A DNA stretch of 64,000 nt from an uncultured Chloroflexia bacterium (lineage in GTDB: Bacteria; Chloroflexota; Limnocylindria; Limnocylindrales; CSP1-4): NCBI GenBank assembly GCA_963724635.1, contig CAVRVI010000007.1, forward strand, positions 73,790-137,789, read 5' to 3'. A model generated the notes under the pieces. The model was not told the DNA's origin, made no database searches, and saw only the letters and a program-made list of their open reading frames with translations. Numbering within the stretch: the first letter of the stretch is position 1; each line of letters begins with the position of its first letter. Positions 1-8,775 of this stretch are shown here, one piece after another. The translations under genes and the position numbers were made by a program.

Positions 1-198
1 ATGCTGGGTCGGAACCGTGAGGACAAGATCGGCGAGGCTGCGCGCCCACAACAGCGGTACCGCCAAGCGTGATTTCGATGTCCTGGCCTCTCGGAGTTGG
101 TCGGCGAACAACACGACCATCTCGTCGCCGAACTGTTCGCGGAACCTCGCCGGGTACAGACGGACCATTCGGCGGAACACGCGAACGTGACGACTCAC
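1..198 (-). CDS. PadR-associated membrane/permease-prefix protein (partial, runs off window edge)
   Basis: My translation from GTG at 198, overlapping the PadR stop: VSRHVRVFRRMVRLYPARFREQFGDEMVVLFADQLR. The LYP..FR..FG.EM N-terminus is typical of genes following PadR regulators. Confidence 0.7.
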   Translation of the reverse strand, partial: MSRHVRVFRRMVRLYPARFREQFGDEMVVLFADQLREARTSKSRLAVPLLWARSLADLVLTVPTQH

Positions 199-539
199 CG
201 GTCGCGGCCATCCAGGGCCCAGGGCCTCGCCGTGGCGACGAGGGTCTCGAGCCGAGCGACCTCAGTGGCCACGAGCGCCCGTCCCCTCATCGTCAGGCGG
301 TAGTAGCGTCGGCGCTGATCGTCGAGCGACGGATCGGGTCGCTCGACCGTCTCCTCGATCAGGCCGCCCGTCAGCAGACGTTTGATGGTCACGTACAGGG
401 TTCCCGGGGCAAGTCGTACAGCCCCACCCGTCATCCGCTGGACTTCGTGCATGATCGCGTAGCCATGCCGCTCGTCGGGTCCGATCGCGATCAGGACATG
501 CAGTGCCGCGCTCGTGAGAGTGGGTCCGTCTTCGGCCAT
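195..539 (-). CDS. PadR family transcriptional regulator
   Basis: HGYAIM...GTLYVTIKRL...GLIE...RRRYYRLT winged-helix signature; ATG at 539 chosen from promoter position. Confidence 0.92.
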   Translation of the reverse strand: MAEDGPTLTSAALHVLIAIGPDERHGYAIMHEVQRMTGGAVRLAPGTLYVTIKRLLTGGLIEETVERPDPSLDDQRRRYYRLTMRGRALVATEVARLETLVATARPWALDGRDR

Positions 540-545
540 CGTGAT

Positions 546-574
546 CACTATATCCATAGCGGATATAGTGTCAA
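546..574 (-). promoter_or_regulatory. sigma70 promoter (TTGACA-16-TATAGT) overlapped by a 10-bp inverted repeat, probable PadR operator
   Basis: CACTATATCC(546-555)-5 nt-GGATATAGTG(561-570); -35 at 574-569, -10 at 552-547, ATG 7 nt downstream. Confidence 0.8.
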
Positions 575-589
575 GCAGCCCCACCCTGC

Positions 590-979
590 TCAGAAGTCGC
601 GGCGGCCTTCGAAGGAGCCTTCGACGCCGGGGCGGGTCAGTTCGTAGATCGCCAGACGTTGGCCACCGGGCGCCGTGAAGGAGCGGACGGGTCCCTGCGG
701 GATCTCGAGCGCGTGGCCGTCAGTCCAGCCGCGCGTTCGCAATTCCGTCGTCGCCGACGCGAGGTCGCTGACACGGTAGACGAGCACCGGCACCTCGCCG
801 TCGAGATGCCCGGCCAACAGCATCCGCGGCGGCCCTTCGGTCAGCTCCACCATGGCGACGCGGGTGCCCATGCCGTCGATCGCGAACACGAGTCGACCGC
901 CCAGCACCTCGGTGAAGAACGCCAGATCGGCGGCCACATCCCGGCTGGGCATATAGACGTAGTCCAGCTGCTCGAACAT
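590..979 (-). CDS. VOC/glyoxalase family protein
   Basis: LDYVYMPSRDVAADLAFF...IPQGPVRSFTAPGG.RLAIYE pattern. Confidence 0.85.
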   Translation of the reverse strand: MFEQLDYVYMPSRDVAADLAFFTEVLGGRLVFAIDGMGTRVAMVELTEGPPRMLLAGHLDGEVPVLVYRVSDLASATTELRTRGWTDGHALEIPQGPVRSFTAPGGQRLAIYELTRPGVEGSFEGRRDF

Positions 980-1032
980 CGTCGGCCAGCGTACGCCTCT
1001 GCGGCGGGCACGCCCAGTTGTATCGTGGGGCG

Positions 1033-1470
1033 ATGACCAACCAGCTTTCCGACGCCGCGCTCGCCCTGCTCGCTTCGGACGCCGTGGCGACCGTCGTGAC
1101 CCTGGATCCGGACGGGTCACCGCACGTCAGCGTGGCATGGGTCGGCCTCGAGGATGGTGAGATCGTCATCGGCACCCTCGATGACCAGCGCAAGCTGCGA
1201 AACCTCCGCCGCGATCCGCGTATCGCGTTATCGATCCAGTCGGACGTCATCAACGCGTGGGGCCTGCGGGAATACCTCGTGATCGATGGCACCGCCCGGA
1301 TCACGCCCGGCGGAGCCCCGGAACTCCTCCAGCGTCATGCGCGAACCTATCTTGGGGAGGGCGTGATCTTCCCGGCGATGCCGGACCCGCCGCCTGGGTA
1401 CGTGACCCACATTCGTGTCGAGCGCGTCGGCGGGATCGGTCCCTGGACGCCAGGACCGGCGAGCGACTGA
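1033..1470 (+). CDS. PPOX-class F420-dependent oxidoreductase
   Basis: ATVVTLDPDGSPHVS.AW...KLRNLRRDPRIALS split-barrel motif. Confidence 0.88.
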   Translation: MTNQLSDAALALLASDAVATVVTLDPDGSPHVSVAWVGLEDGEIVIGTLDDQRKLRNLRRDPRIALSIQSDVINAWGLREYLVIDGTARITPGGAPELLQRHARTYLGEGVIFPAMPDPPPGYVTHIRVERVGGIGPWTPGPASD

Positions 1471-1474
1471 CGGA

Positions 1475-2146
1475 TCAGATCGGCGGCGCGACGATCACGT
1501 ATCGGCCGTACCAGACCTGGTCGTAGTAGACGGGCACGGCGTCGAGCTCCAGGTACTTGTTGAGCGGGCTGTCGGCAGCCTTGTACAGGCGGTGCCTGGA
1601 GCCGATCGGGTCGCTGATCCAGACGTTCACGAGCGTGAAATCGCCCTTCCGCGGATCGGCCGTTGCCTCGAAACCCGTCATGACCATCGCGTGCGTGCCG
1701 TTCGCGACGAGGAGACCGACCGGCTTCTTCGTTTCCGCGATGACGCGGGCGGCGTGCTTGAGCGCGATGTATTCGGTCGAGTACGCCTCCCATCGATACG
1801 TGAACGAACCGATCCCGGCGCGCGTCGAGAAGTACGTCATGGCGCGCGACCAGCCGAGAGGATCCGACCCCTTCTGGACACGATCGTCGAGCGCGTCGCG
1901 AGGCTTCTCCCACGCCAGGATGTACGACTGGCTGAGGTCGAGGTCGCGCCGCGCGATGAAGTTGAGCATCATCGCCGTGCTCGCCGCAGTACACGTGCGG
2001 GAATCGATCTGGCGTTCGTAGCCGGCGCTGAAGTACAGGTCGCGCGTGAACAGCGCGGCCGATACGGGGGCCGCACCGAGGCTGGAGAACAGGCCGAGCA
2101 CGAGAACGATGGCCACGGTTCCCCGGAGCAGGGCGCGTCTTGGCAT
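1475..2146 (-). CDS. Secreted papain-like (C39-like) cysteine peptidase domain protein
   Basis: Signal peptide; QIDSRTCTAASTAMML (Cys), GTHAMVMTGF (His), WISDP (Asp). Confidence 0.65.
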   Translation of the reverse strand: MPRRALLRGTVAIVLVLGLFSSLGAAPVSAALFTRDLYFSAGYERQIDSRTCTAASTAMMLNFIARRDLDLSQSYILAWEKPRDALDDRVQKGSDPLGWSRAMTYFSTRAGIGSFTYRWEAYSTEYIALKHAARVIAETKKPVGLLVANGTHAMVMTGFEATADPRKGDFTLVNVWISDPIGSRHRLYKAADSPLNKYLELDAVPVYYDQVWYGRYVIVAPPI

Positions 2147-2316
2147 CCGGTATCTCCCTCCCCGTGGTACTGGTTCGGCGCTCACCCTCCCACCGCCGGT
2201 GGTCCGGGCGAGCCACGCTGGGGCCTCCCCCACCTTACAGGCACGTGACAAACGTCGGGCTCCAGGAGCCGGTCGCCCTTCGGGTCCTATACGAGCGGAT
2301 GCGTCACCATGTTCCT

Positions 2317-3000
2317 ATGCCGAGTGCCCGGACTGAACCCGCCCCGCCGCCTGCGCCGACGCCGGGCGACATCGCCTGGACCGCGGCGATCACCGCCGTC
2401 AAGGCCACCGTGATCGCGCTCGCGGTCGATGCGTTCGTGAACGCGGAATCCCCTCGCTATCACGGCAAGGGGATGCGGTTGCGGGCCATCGGCTATGCCG
2501 GGGGCATGCTGCTCGTGCCGCTCGCCTGGCGACTCCACGGTCGTCGCGAGCCGTATCCCCGCGAGCTGGACCTGGCCGTGACGCTGCCGCTCCTCGTGGA
2601 CGCGGGTGGCAACGCCATCGGGATCTATCGCGGCTCGCATGTGGACGATCTCATCCATTTCGCCGACGGAGCCCTCGTCTCCGCGGTGGCCGGGGCGCTC
2701 GCGACGCCGCGCGTCCGAACGTCATGGGAGGCGGCCGGTGTCGCGACGCTGGCCGGGACCGCAGCGGCCGGCCTGTGGGAGATCGGCGAGTGGATCGGCC
2801 TCAAGCTCGGGGCGAAGGGGATGGACCTGACCTACGACGACACGATGACCGATCTCATCGAGACGACCGCCGGCGCGATGCTCGGCGGGGTGATCACCCT
2901 GCTCCGGCATCCAGCACGGCTCCGGCGGGTCCCTGGCCGGCCCGGCGACCCGGTCGTGGAGCTGCATGGCCATGGCGGGCCCGAACCCTCCCGGGAGTGA
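2317..3000 (+). CDS. Integral membrane protein (DUF2238-like)
   Basis: Several TM segments; DDLIHF, LWEIGEW and YDDTMTDL motifs. Confidence 0.7.
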   Translation: MPSARTEPAPPPAPTPGDIAWTAAITAVKATVIALAVDAFVNAESPRYHGKGMRLRAIGYAGGMLLVPLAWRLHGRREPYPRELDLAVTLPLLVDAGGNAIGIYRGSHVDDLIHFADGALVSAVAGALATPRVRTSWEAAGVATLAGTAAAGLWEIGEWIGLKLGAKGMDLTYDDTMTDLIETTAGAMLGGVITLLRHPARLRRVPGRPGDPVVELHGHGGPEPSRE

Positions 3001-3010
3001 GCGCGAGCCC

Positions 3011-3778
3011 ATGGAGAGGCCCTCGATCGACCTGCAGTTCGTCGGCCATGCCACGGTCCGCCTCGACATCGGCGGCGTGCGCGTCCTGACGGACCCCTTC
3101 CTGCGGGACCGTCTCGGGCCGTTGGAGCGGCACGGACCGATGCCCGACCCCGACGACCTGGGGGCGATCGAAGTGGTCGTCATCTCGCACGGCCATCCCG
3201 ACCACTTCGATCGCGCGTCGCTGGCCGTGCTGCGCGATCGCCCCGTGGTCGTCGTCCCGCGCGGGCTTGGCGCTTCGGCCGCGCGGTGGGTCGCGGGCGA
3301 CGTGCTCGAGATGACCGTCGGCGACCGCGTGGACGTCGGTGGGCTCACGATCACGGCGGTGCCAGCTCGCCACTGGATCTCGCCGGGGGCGCCGCGCGCG
3401 GAACCGATCGGATTTCTCCTCGACGCCGGAGCCACGGTCTATTTCGCCGGGGACACCGGGCCGCTGCCGGGCATCGGCGAGCTCGCGGGAACCGTGGATG
3501 TCGCCCTGCTCCCGGTCTGGACCTGGGGCCCGCACCGAGGGCCGGGTCATCTGGGCCCACGATCTGCTGCGGAGGCGGTGGCCGCATGCCAGCCGGCGGT
3601 GGCTGTACCGATCCACTGGGGCACGCTCTACCCACGGCGGCTCCATCACCTGTGGCGCGGACCCCTGGACGAACCGGGCGACCGCTTCGCCGCCCATGCC
3701 CGCCGTCTCGCTCCGGATGTGGACGTCCGGGTCCTCCGCCCCGGCGGGTCCACGACCATCCTCCCGGCGGACGACTGA
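3011..3778 (+). CDS. MBL-fold metallo-hydrolase (UlaG/NAPE-PLD-like)
   Basis: GHAT, LTDP, SHGHPDHFD, YFAGDTG, PIHWGT motifs. Confidence 0.92.
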   Translation: MERPSIDLQFVGHATVRLDIGGVRVLTDPFLRDRLGPLERHGPMPDPDDLGAIEVVVISHGHPDHFDRASLAVLRDRPVVVVPRGLGASAARWVAGDVLEMTVGDRVDVGGLTITAVPARHWISPGAPRAEPIGFLLDAGATVYFAGDTGPLPGIGELAGTVDVALLPVWTWGPHRGPGHLGPRSAAEAVAACQPAVAVPIHWGTLYPRRLHHLWRGPLDEPGDRFAAHARRLAPDVDVRVLRPGGSTTILPADD

Positions 3779-4165
3779 TCGCTGTTCCACCTCACCGGAA
3801 ATGATCGTTCCGCACCGTCTTCGTGAGCGCGCCTGACGAGGAGCCCGTGGTGCGCCAGCTGGTCATCGCCGCGCTGCACGCCGGCCATCTCGATGGCCCG
3901 GAGGGTCCCAGCCACTGGTCCGTGGACGCCGACGAGGCCGTCGAGCCCGACGCCGACGAGCGGTCGATGGCCTCGGGCCGGCTTCCCAAACCTCGGCGGG
4001 TCTCGACGGGTCGATGAGGGTCGGGGCGGGACCGACTTCGCCGAGACTGCAACATCGTTGCAGCGCGGTGGCACGGCCGCGCAGGGGTCGCCGACTGTCC
4101 GTTGCCTCCATCGTGCGTCTTCACGCGCCAGCACGGACGCGATCACGAGATGGAGGACATCACCG

Positions 4166-4381
4166 ATGACGGACGAGCGATCCGCCCTACCGGGCCGCAA
4201 CGACACGCCGGACGGGAAGCCTGGCGCCGAGGGAGACGGTGCCGACTCGAGCGAGGTCGTCGAGGGCCCTGTCGGCTGGTCCAGGCTGAAGGAGCCGGGC
4301 GACGCCGCCGCGGACAGCGCCGATCTCGACGCGCTGCCCGGCTTCGAGCCACCCGACTCCGCCGACGAGCCCCGCGCCTAA
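4166..4381 (+). CDS. Small acidic hypothetical protein
   Basis: GGAGG RBS upstream of ATG 4166; 71 aa, D/E/P-rich. Confidence 0.4.
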   Translation: MTDERSALPGRNDTPDGKPGAEGDGADSSEVVEGPVGWSRLKEPGDAAADSADLDALPGFEPPDSADEPRA

Positions 4382-5097
4382 CCTCCGGCGAGGTCGCCCT
4401 TCAAGGCGTCCAGCCACGTTCGCCAGGACGCCTTGAGGCGCTCGCCGGTCTCGGCGTCCGGGAGTCGCTCGTGCGAGACCGCGACCACGGACTTGTCTGC
4501 ACCCTTGGCCGCGACCGTCACGACCACGCGGGAGGCTGGCGTCGCCCAATCGAATCGGGCGGTCGACTTCGCCCGCGTCGGTCGCGGGGTCATCGGCGCC
4601 CCGGGCAGCCAACGTTCGCGGTGGACGGGATCGGTCACGGCGTCGAGCGCCGCTTCGGGCCCGACGGGCACGGTTCGAGTCACGCTCACGCTGAACCCGT
4701 CCGCCATCTCGTGACGCGCCCGCATCCCGCGCGCCCGCTCGTACGCCACGGTGACGCTCTGCGTCCACCAGCTTCGGACCCCATGCGTCTCGCTCAGCCA
4801 CGCGGCGATCTCGGTGTGGGTGTGGCCGGTCGCCCCCCAGGCGTCCAGAAGGGCGAACCACTCGACGTGGGTGCGGCCCGTGGCGCGGACCAAGGCGTCA
4901 TCGCTGACGACCGTCACGCCGGCCGGCAGGGTCTCCGTCGTCGCCTCGGGCGCCGTCGCCTCGGGCGCCGTCGCCTCCGTCGCGGGATCGGCATCTGCGG
5001 CCTTCGAAAGCAGCTGTCGCCGGGCGGCCGTGTACGACTCGCCGGTCTTGTTCATGCGTGTGCGGACACGGTGCTTGAAGGTCTTCTGGGTGGGCAT
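4378..5097 (-). CDS. DUF4287/SRPBCC-like protein with basic N-terminal module
   Basis: MPTQKTFKHRVRTRMNKTGESYTAARRQL, then ATGRTHVEWFALLD...H.EIAAWL...HGV..WW.Q, then an SRPBCC-like C-terminus. Confidence 0.8.
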   Translation of the reverse strand: MPTQKTFKHRVRTRMNKTGESYTAARRQLLSKAADADPATEATAPEATAPEATTETLPAGVTVVSDDALVRATGRTHVEWFALLDAWGATGHTHTEIAAWLSETHGVRSWWTQSVTVAYERARGMRARHEMADGFSVSVTRTVPVGPEAALDAVTDPVHRERWLPGAPMTPRPTRAKSTARFDWATPASRVVVTVAAKGADKSVVAVSHERLPDAETGERLKASWRTWLDALKGDLAGG

Positions 5098-5130
5098 CGT
5101 CTCGACATCCTTCGCTCTCGACGCGACCAC

Positions 5131-5260
5131 GCGACTCACGCTCACGTGATCCGCCGGAGGAAGGGCGGACGGTCAGTCCCGGGGAAGCAGGTTCCCCTTT
5201 GCCCCATCGCGCCGGCGGCGTGAGCGCCGGATCGGGGTTCGGCGCGGGACGCGCCGTCGC
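5131..5260 (-). ncRNA. Candidate structured 5' leader RNA with pseudoknot
   Basis: Four perfect hairpins, a closing stem and a 7-bp loop-to-3' pseudoknot; -10 CATACT at 5270-5265. Confidence 0.6.
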
Positions 5261-5326
5261 CCGGAGTATGCCAAGCGGGCATCCGGGCGGCAAGCCCCAC
5301 CGCACCGGGAACGGCATACTTCCCAG

Positions 5327-5563
5327 GTGACGACGACCACCGACGCCGTGCCGGCCCTGGCCCACTTTCCCAACGGGAAGGTGAAGTTCTCGGGTTTCCA
5401 CCTGGACGGCGAGATGCACGGCGCCTGGACCTTCTATCGGACCGACGGCTCCACGATGCGCGCGGGGGCGTTCGATCGAGGCCGCCAGGTCGGTCTGTGG
5501 CGGACGTTCGATCGCGCCGGCACCGTCGTGAAGGAGACCGACTTCGGCGAGGCCGACTCGTGA
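5327..5563 (+). CDS. Small MORN-variant repeat protein (YwqK-like)
   Basis: HFPNGKVKFSG...GEMHGAWTFYRTDG...G.FD.GRQVGLW repeats; -10 CATACT 6 nt before GTG. Confidence 0.8.
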   Translation: MTTTTDAVPALAHFPNGKVKFSGFHLDGEMHGAWTFYRTDGSTMRAGAFDRGRQVGLWRTFDRAGTVVKETDFGEADS

Positions 5564-6132
5564 CAACGAGCGACGGCCTCACGCTCGACGTCGCCGCGGC
5601 GGAGGCGCATGTCGACGCCGCGCCCGTCGACCACGGGCGGCTCGAGGCCATCGTCCGCCGACCGGCCGTCGATGCACGCGAGTCGCTCGAGGCGGCGCGG
5701 CTCGATCTCGTGCTCGGGCTCGAAGGCGACGGCTGGGCCGATCGGGGCAGTCGATCGACACCGGATGGCGCCGCGGATCCGGGGGCCCAGGTGACGCTCA
5801 TCAGCGTCCGGGTGCTCGCCGCGATCGAACCCGACCGAACTCGCTGGCCGCTCGCGGGCGACCAGCTGTACGTGGATCTCTGCCTTGACCCGGAGGTCCT
5901 GCCGACGGGCGCCCGGCTCGCCATCGGCGAGGCGATCATCGAAGTCACGGACAAGCCGCACACCGGATGTGCCAAGTTCGGGGCGCGCTTCGGGAGCGAG
6001 GCCCTGCGCTGGATCAATGCGCCCGCCGGTCGGGCACGGCGGCTGCGAGGACTCAATGCGCGGGTCGTGCAGGCCGGCACCATCCGGGTCGGCGATGCCG
6101 TCACGTGCGCGCCGGACACCGCCGACCGATGA
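5560..6132 (+). CDS. MOSC domain protein
   Basis: GLEGD, LAGDQLYVD, PHTGCAKF, LRGLNARVVQAG.IRVGD. Confidence 0.9.
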   Translation: MTTSDGLTLDVAAAEAHVDAAPVDHGRLEAIVRRPAVDARESLEAARLDLVLGLEGDGWADRGSRSTPDGAADPGAQVTLISVRVLAAIEPDRTRWPLAGDQLYVDLCLDPEVLPTGARLAIGEAIIEVTDKPHTGCAKFGARFGSEALRWINAPAGRARRLRGLNARVVQAGTIRVGDAVTCAPDTADR

Positions 6133-6506
6133 CCTTCCAGGACGCGATGGAGGCCGTGGTCCTGGCGTTCGAAGTCGCCGGGATCGCGATCCTGTCCATC
6201 GGGTCGGTCCGGGCGCTCGTCGTGGCCGTCGTCGCCTGGGGAAGCGGGCGACGCGAGGGCGTCTATCAACAGGCCCGCCAACAGGTCGGTCAGGCGATCC
6301 TGCTCGGCCTGGAGGTCCTGATCATCGCCGACATCATCCAGACCGTGATCATCGATCCGACGATCGAGAACGCCGCGACGCTGGGCCTCATCGTGCTCGT
6401 TCGGACGTTCCTGAGCTTCTCGCTCGAGATCGAGCTGGAGGGGGTCGTCCCGTGGAAGCGGCGCGATGCCCAGCGCCTGGACGCCGAGGAGCGTCCCCCG
6501 GCGTGA
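6129..6506 (+). CDS. DUF1622 membrane protein
   Basis: GQAILLGLEVLIIADII.TV...LGLIVLVRTFLSFSLE.E. Confidence 0.9.
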   Translation: MTFQDAMEAVVLAFEVAGIAILSIGSVRALVVAVVAWGSGRREGVYQQARQQVGQAILLGLEVLIIADIIQTVIIDPTIENAATLGLIVLVRTFLSFSLEIELEGVVPWKRRDAQRLDAEERPPA

Positions 6507-6549
6507 TCGAGGGGAGCGCCCAGACCGCGCGCCGCGTCGCGCCGACCTG

Positions 6550-7725
6550 ATGCGGTTCCTGTTCACCTTCGCGGGCGGCCGCGGCCACCTTGATCCCCTC
6601 CTCCCGCTCGCTCGTGCTGCCGAGGTAGCCGGGCACGAGATCGTGTTCGTGGCGCGTCCGTGGATGGTGCCCATCGTGCGGTCCCTGGGATTCGAGGCAT
6701 GGGCGGCCGGGTCGGACGAGGGCCTGGCGCCGGTCACCCGGGAGCTCGTGCCGTTCGACGCCGAGCGTGAGCAGCGCGCGCTGCGGGACGGATTCGTGGG
6801 CCGGATCGCCCGTGAGCGCGCTCCGGACCTCCACGCGTTGGTCGCAGACCGGCCGCCGGACCTCATCGTCTGGGAAGAGACCGACTTCGGGGCGCCGATC
6901 GTCGCCGAGCGGCTGGGCCTTCCCCATGCCAGCGTCCTCGTCATCGCCTCAGGCTCCTTCGTGCGAGCCGACCTGCTCGCACCGACCCTCGACGACGTCC
7001 GTCGCGAACACGGCCTGTCCGCCGACCCGGAAGCGGCGATGCTCCGGCGGTATCTCGTGTTCTCGCCGTTCCCCACGAGCCTGCGCGATCCCGGCTCCCC
7101 TCCCCCGGCCATGGTCCATGGGCTCGGCCCGGGCGGAGGGTCGCGGGCTGCGGAAGTGGGCGCTCCGCCGTGGGCGCGAACGATCCCCGGGGCCCCGACC
7201 ATCTACGTCACGCTCGGGACGGTCTTCAACCACGAATCGGGCGACCTGTTCGCGCGGATCCTGACCGGCCTGGGCCCGCTGCGTGCCAATGTGCTCGTGA
7301 CCGTCGGCCGCGAGATCGACCCGGCCTCCGTGGGTCCGCAGCCGCCCAACGTCCGCGTCGAGCGGTTCGTACCCCAGGACGAGATCCTCCCGTTCGTCGA
7401 TGTCGTGGTGTCCCACGCGGGTTCGGGCAGCGTCCTCGGGGCACTCATGTTCGGGCGCCCCATGGTGTTGCTCCCGATCGGCGCAGATCAACCGCTCAAT
7501 GCCGAGCGGTGCGCCGTCCTCGGCGTCGGCCAGGTGCTCGACGCCGTCTCGACGACCCCCACCGAGGTGGCCGCGGCGGTGATCTCCATCCTTGCCGATC
7601 CGGCCTATCGCGCGACCGCCGGCCGTCTGCGCGACGAGATCGCCGCACTGCCGGCGCCGGAGGCCGCTGTGCCGCTGCTTGAGCGGCTTGCCCGGGAACG
7701 CCGGCCGATCCCGTCCATGGTTTGA
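6550..7725 (+). CDS. GT1 glycosyltransferase (MGT/EryCIII-like)
   Basis: N-terminal GHL.PL; YVTLGTV; FVPQ..ILP..D.VVSHAGSGS...P.GADQP.NA. Confidence 0.9.
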   Translation: MRFLFTFAGGRGHLDPLLPLARAAEVAGHEIVFVARPWMVPIVRSLGFEAWAAGSDEGLAPVTRELVPFDAEREQRALRDGFVGRIARERAPDLHALVADRPPDLIVWEETDFGAPIVAERLGLPHASVLVIASGSFVRADLLAPTLDDVRREHGLSADPEAAMLRRYLVFSPFPTSLRDPGSPPPAMVHGLGPGGGSRAAEVGAPPWARTIPGAPTIYVTLGTVFNHESGDLFARILTGLGPLRANVLVTVGREIDPASVGPQPPNVRVERFVPQDEILPFVDVVVSHAGSGSVLGALMFGRPMVLLPIGADQPLNAERCAVLGVGQVLDAVSTTPTEVAAAVISILADPAYRATAGRLRDEIAALPAPEAAVPLLERLARERRPIPSMV

Positions 7726-7733
7726 TTCGAGCC

Positions 7734-8348
7734 ATGCTCGAACGGCCCGACGCCCACGCCGCTGCGCCCACGACGTCCACGATCCGGGCGGACGACTGGG
7801 ACGGGTCGTCGCTCACGGGCCGCCACTTCGACGCCGTGCTGTTCAGCGGCGTGGACCTCGCCGAACAGGACGCCCGCGGCACGGTCTTCACGGACTGCAC
7901 GTTCCGCGGCGTCCGGTTCAACGCCTCCACCTACACGGACGCGGCATTCATCAACGCCAGGTTCATCGATGCCTCGTTCTTCGACGTGACCCTGGATCGC
8001 TGCAAACTCGTCGGCAGCCGATTCGACCGGTGCCGGTTCGGGCCGTTCGTCGTCGAGGGCGGTGACTGGTCGCTCGTCGGGCTGGCCGGTGCGGACCTCC
8101 GCGATGCCGAGTTCCGCAACGTCCGGATGCGCGAGGCCGACCTGACCGGCGCGCAGTTCGATGGCGCGATCCTGCGTGACACAGACCTCGGAGGCGCCTG
8201 GCTCCATCGCGCCTCGTTCCGGGGCACGGATCTGCGCGGCAGCGACCTGTCGGCGCTCGACCCACGCAACAACGAGATCACCGACGCCCTCATCGATGTC
8301 GAACAGGCCCTGGTCGTGGCGACAGCCCTGGGGCTGCGACTCGGCTAG
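7734..8348 (+). CDS. Pentapeptide repeat protein (MfpA/Qnr-like fold)
   Basis: Tandem A(D/N)L/F-xx pentapeptides. Confidence 0.9.
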   Translation: MLERPDAHAAAPTTSTIRADDWDGSSLTGRHFDAVLFSGVDLAEQDARGTVFTDCTFRGVRFNASTYTDAAFINARFIDASFFDVTLDRCKLVGSRFDRCRFGPFVVEGGDWSLVGLAGADLRDAEFRNVRMREADLTGAQFDGAILRDTDLGGAWLHRASFRGTDLRGSDLSALDPRNNEITDALIDVEQALVVATALGLRLG

Positions 8349-8382
8349 CCGCTAGCCGAAGGCCGGCCCCACCAGTCTGCCC

Positions 8383-8775
8383 CTAGGGTCCGGTCAGCGC
8401 CACGTAGGCACAGAGCACGACCAGGACGGCCGTCGTGCCGCCGAAGACCACCCGCTCGAACCGACTCCTCGAGTTGAGATTGGCCAGCGTGTTCAGGAGG
8501 AGCAACCCGACCACGACCCACGCCGCGATGGTCAGCCCCGGCGACGGGATCCAGGCGGCGTTGAGCACGTCGGCCTTGGCCAGCACGAGGTACCCGACGA
8601 CGACGAGAGCGACCGCGGAGATCGCGCTCGCGATGCGCCGCCGTCGCGGGAGCCGTCCCTCGTCGGCCCCGCCCCAGGCGACCCCACCCCATGGAGCACC
8701 CAGGGCCAGGGCCAGCTGGAAGCCCGCGACGGCAAGGATGAGGATCGTCGCGACGACCGCCGCGATCTCGGTCAC
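8383..8775 (-). CDS. Hypothetical 4-TM membrane protein
   Basis: FQLALALGAPWG..AWGG...LP...R..S and LNT.ANL.S.S..ER motifs. Confidence 0.8.
   Translation of the reverse strand: MTEIAAVVATILILAVAGFQLALALGAPWGGVAWGGADEGRLPRRRRIASAISAVALVVVGYLVLAKADVLNAAWIPSPGLTIAAWVVVGLLLLNTLANLNSRSRFERVVFGGTTAVLVVLCAYVALTGP

Noticed and set aside
4939-4978. 15-bp tandem repeat as a CRISPR or regulatory repeat
   Set aside because: It is an in-frame coding linker (ATAPE repeats) with no spacers.
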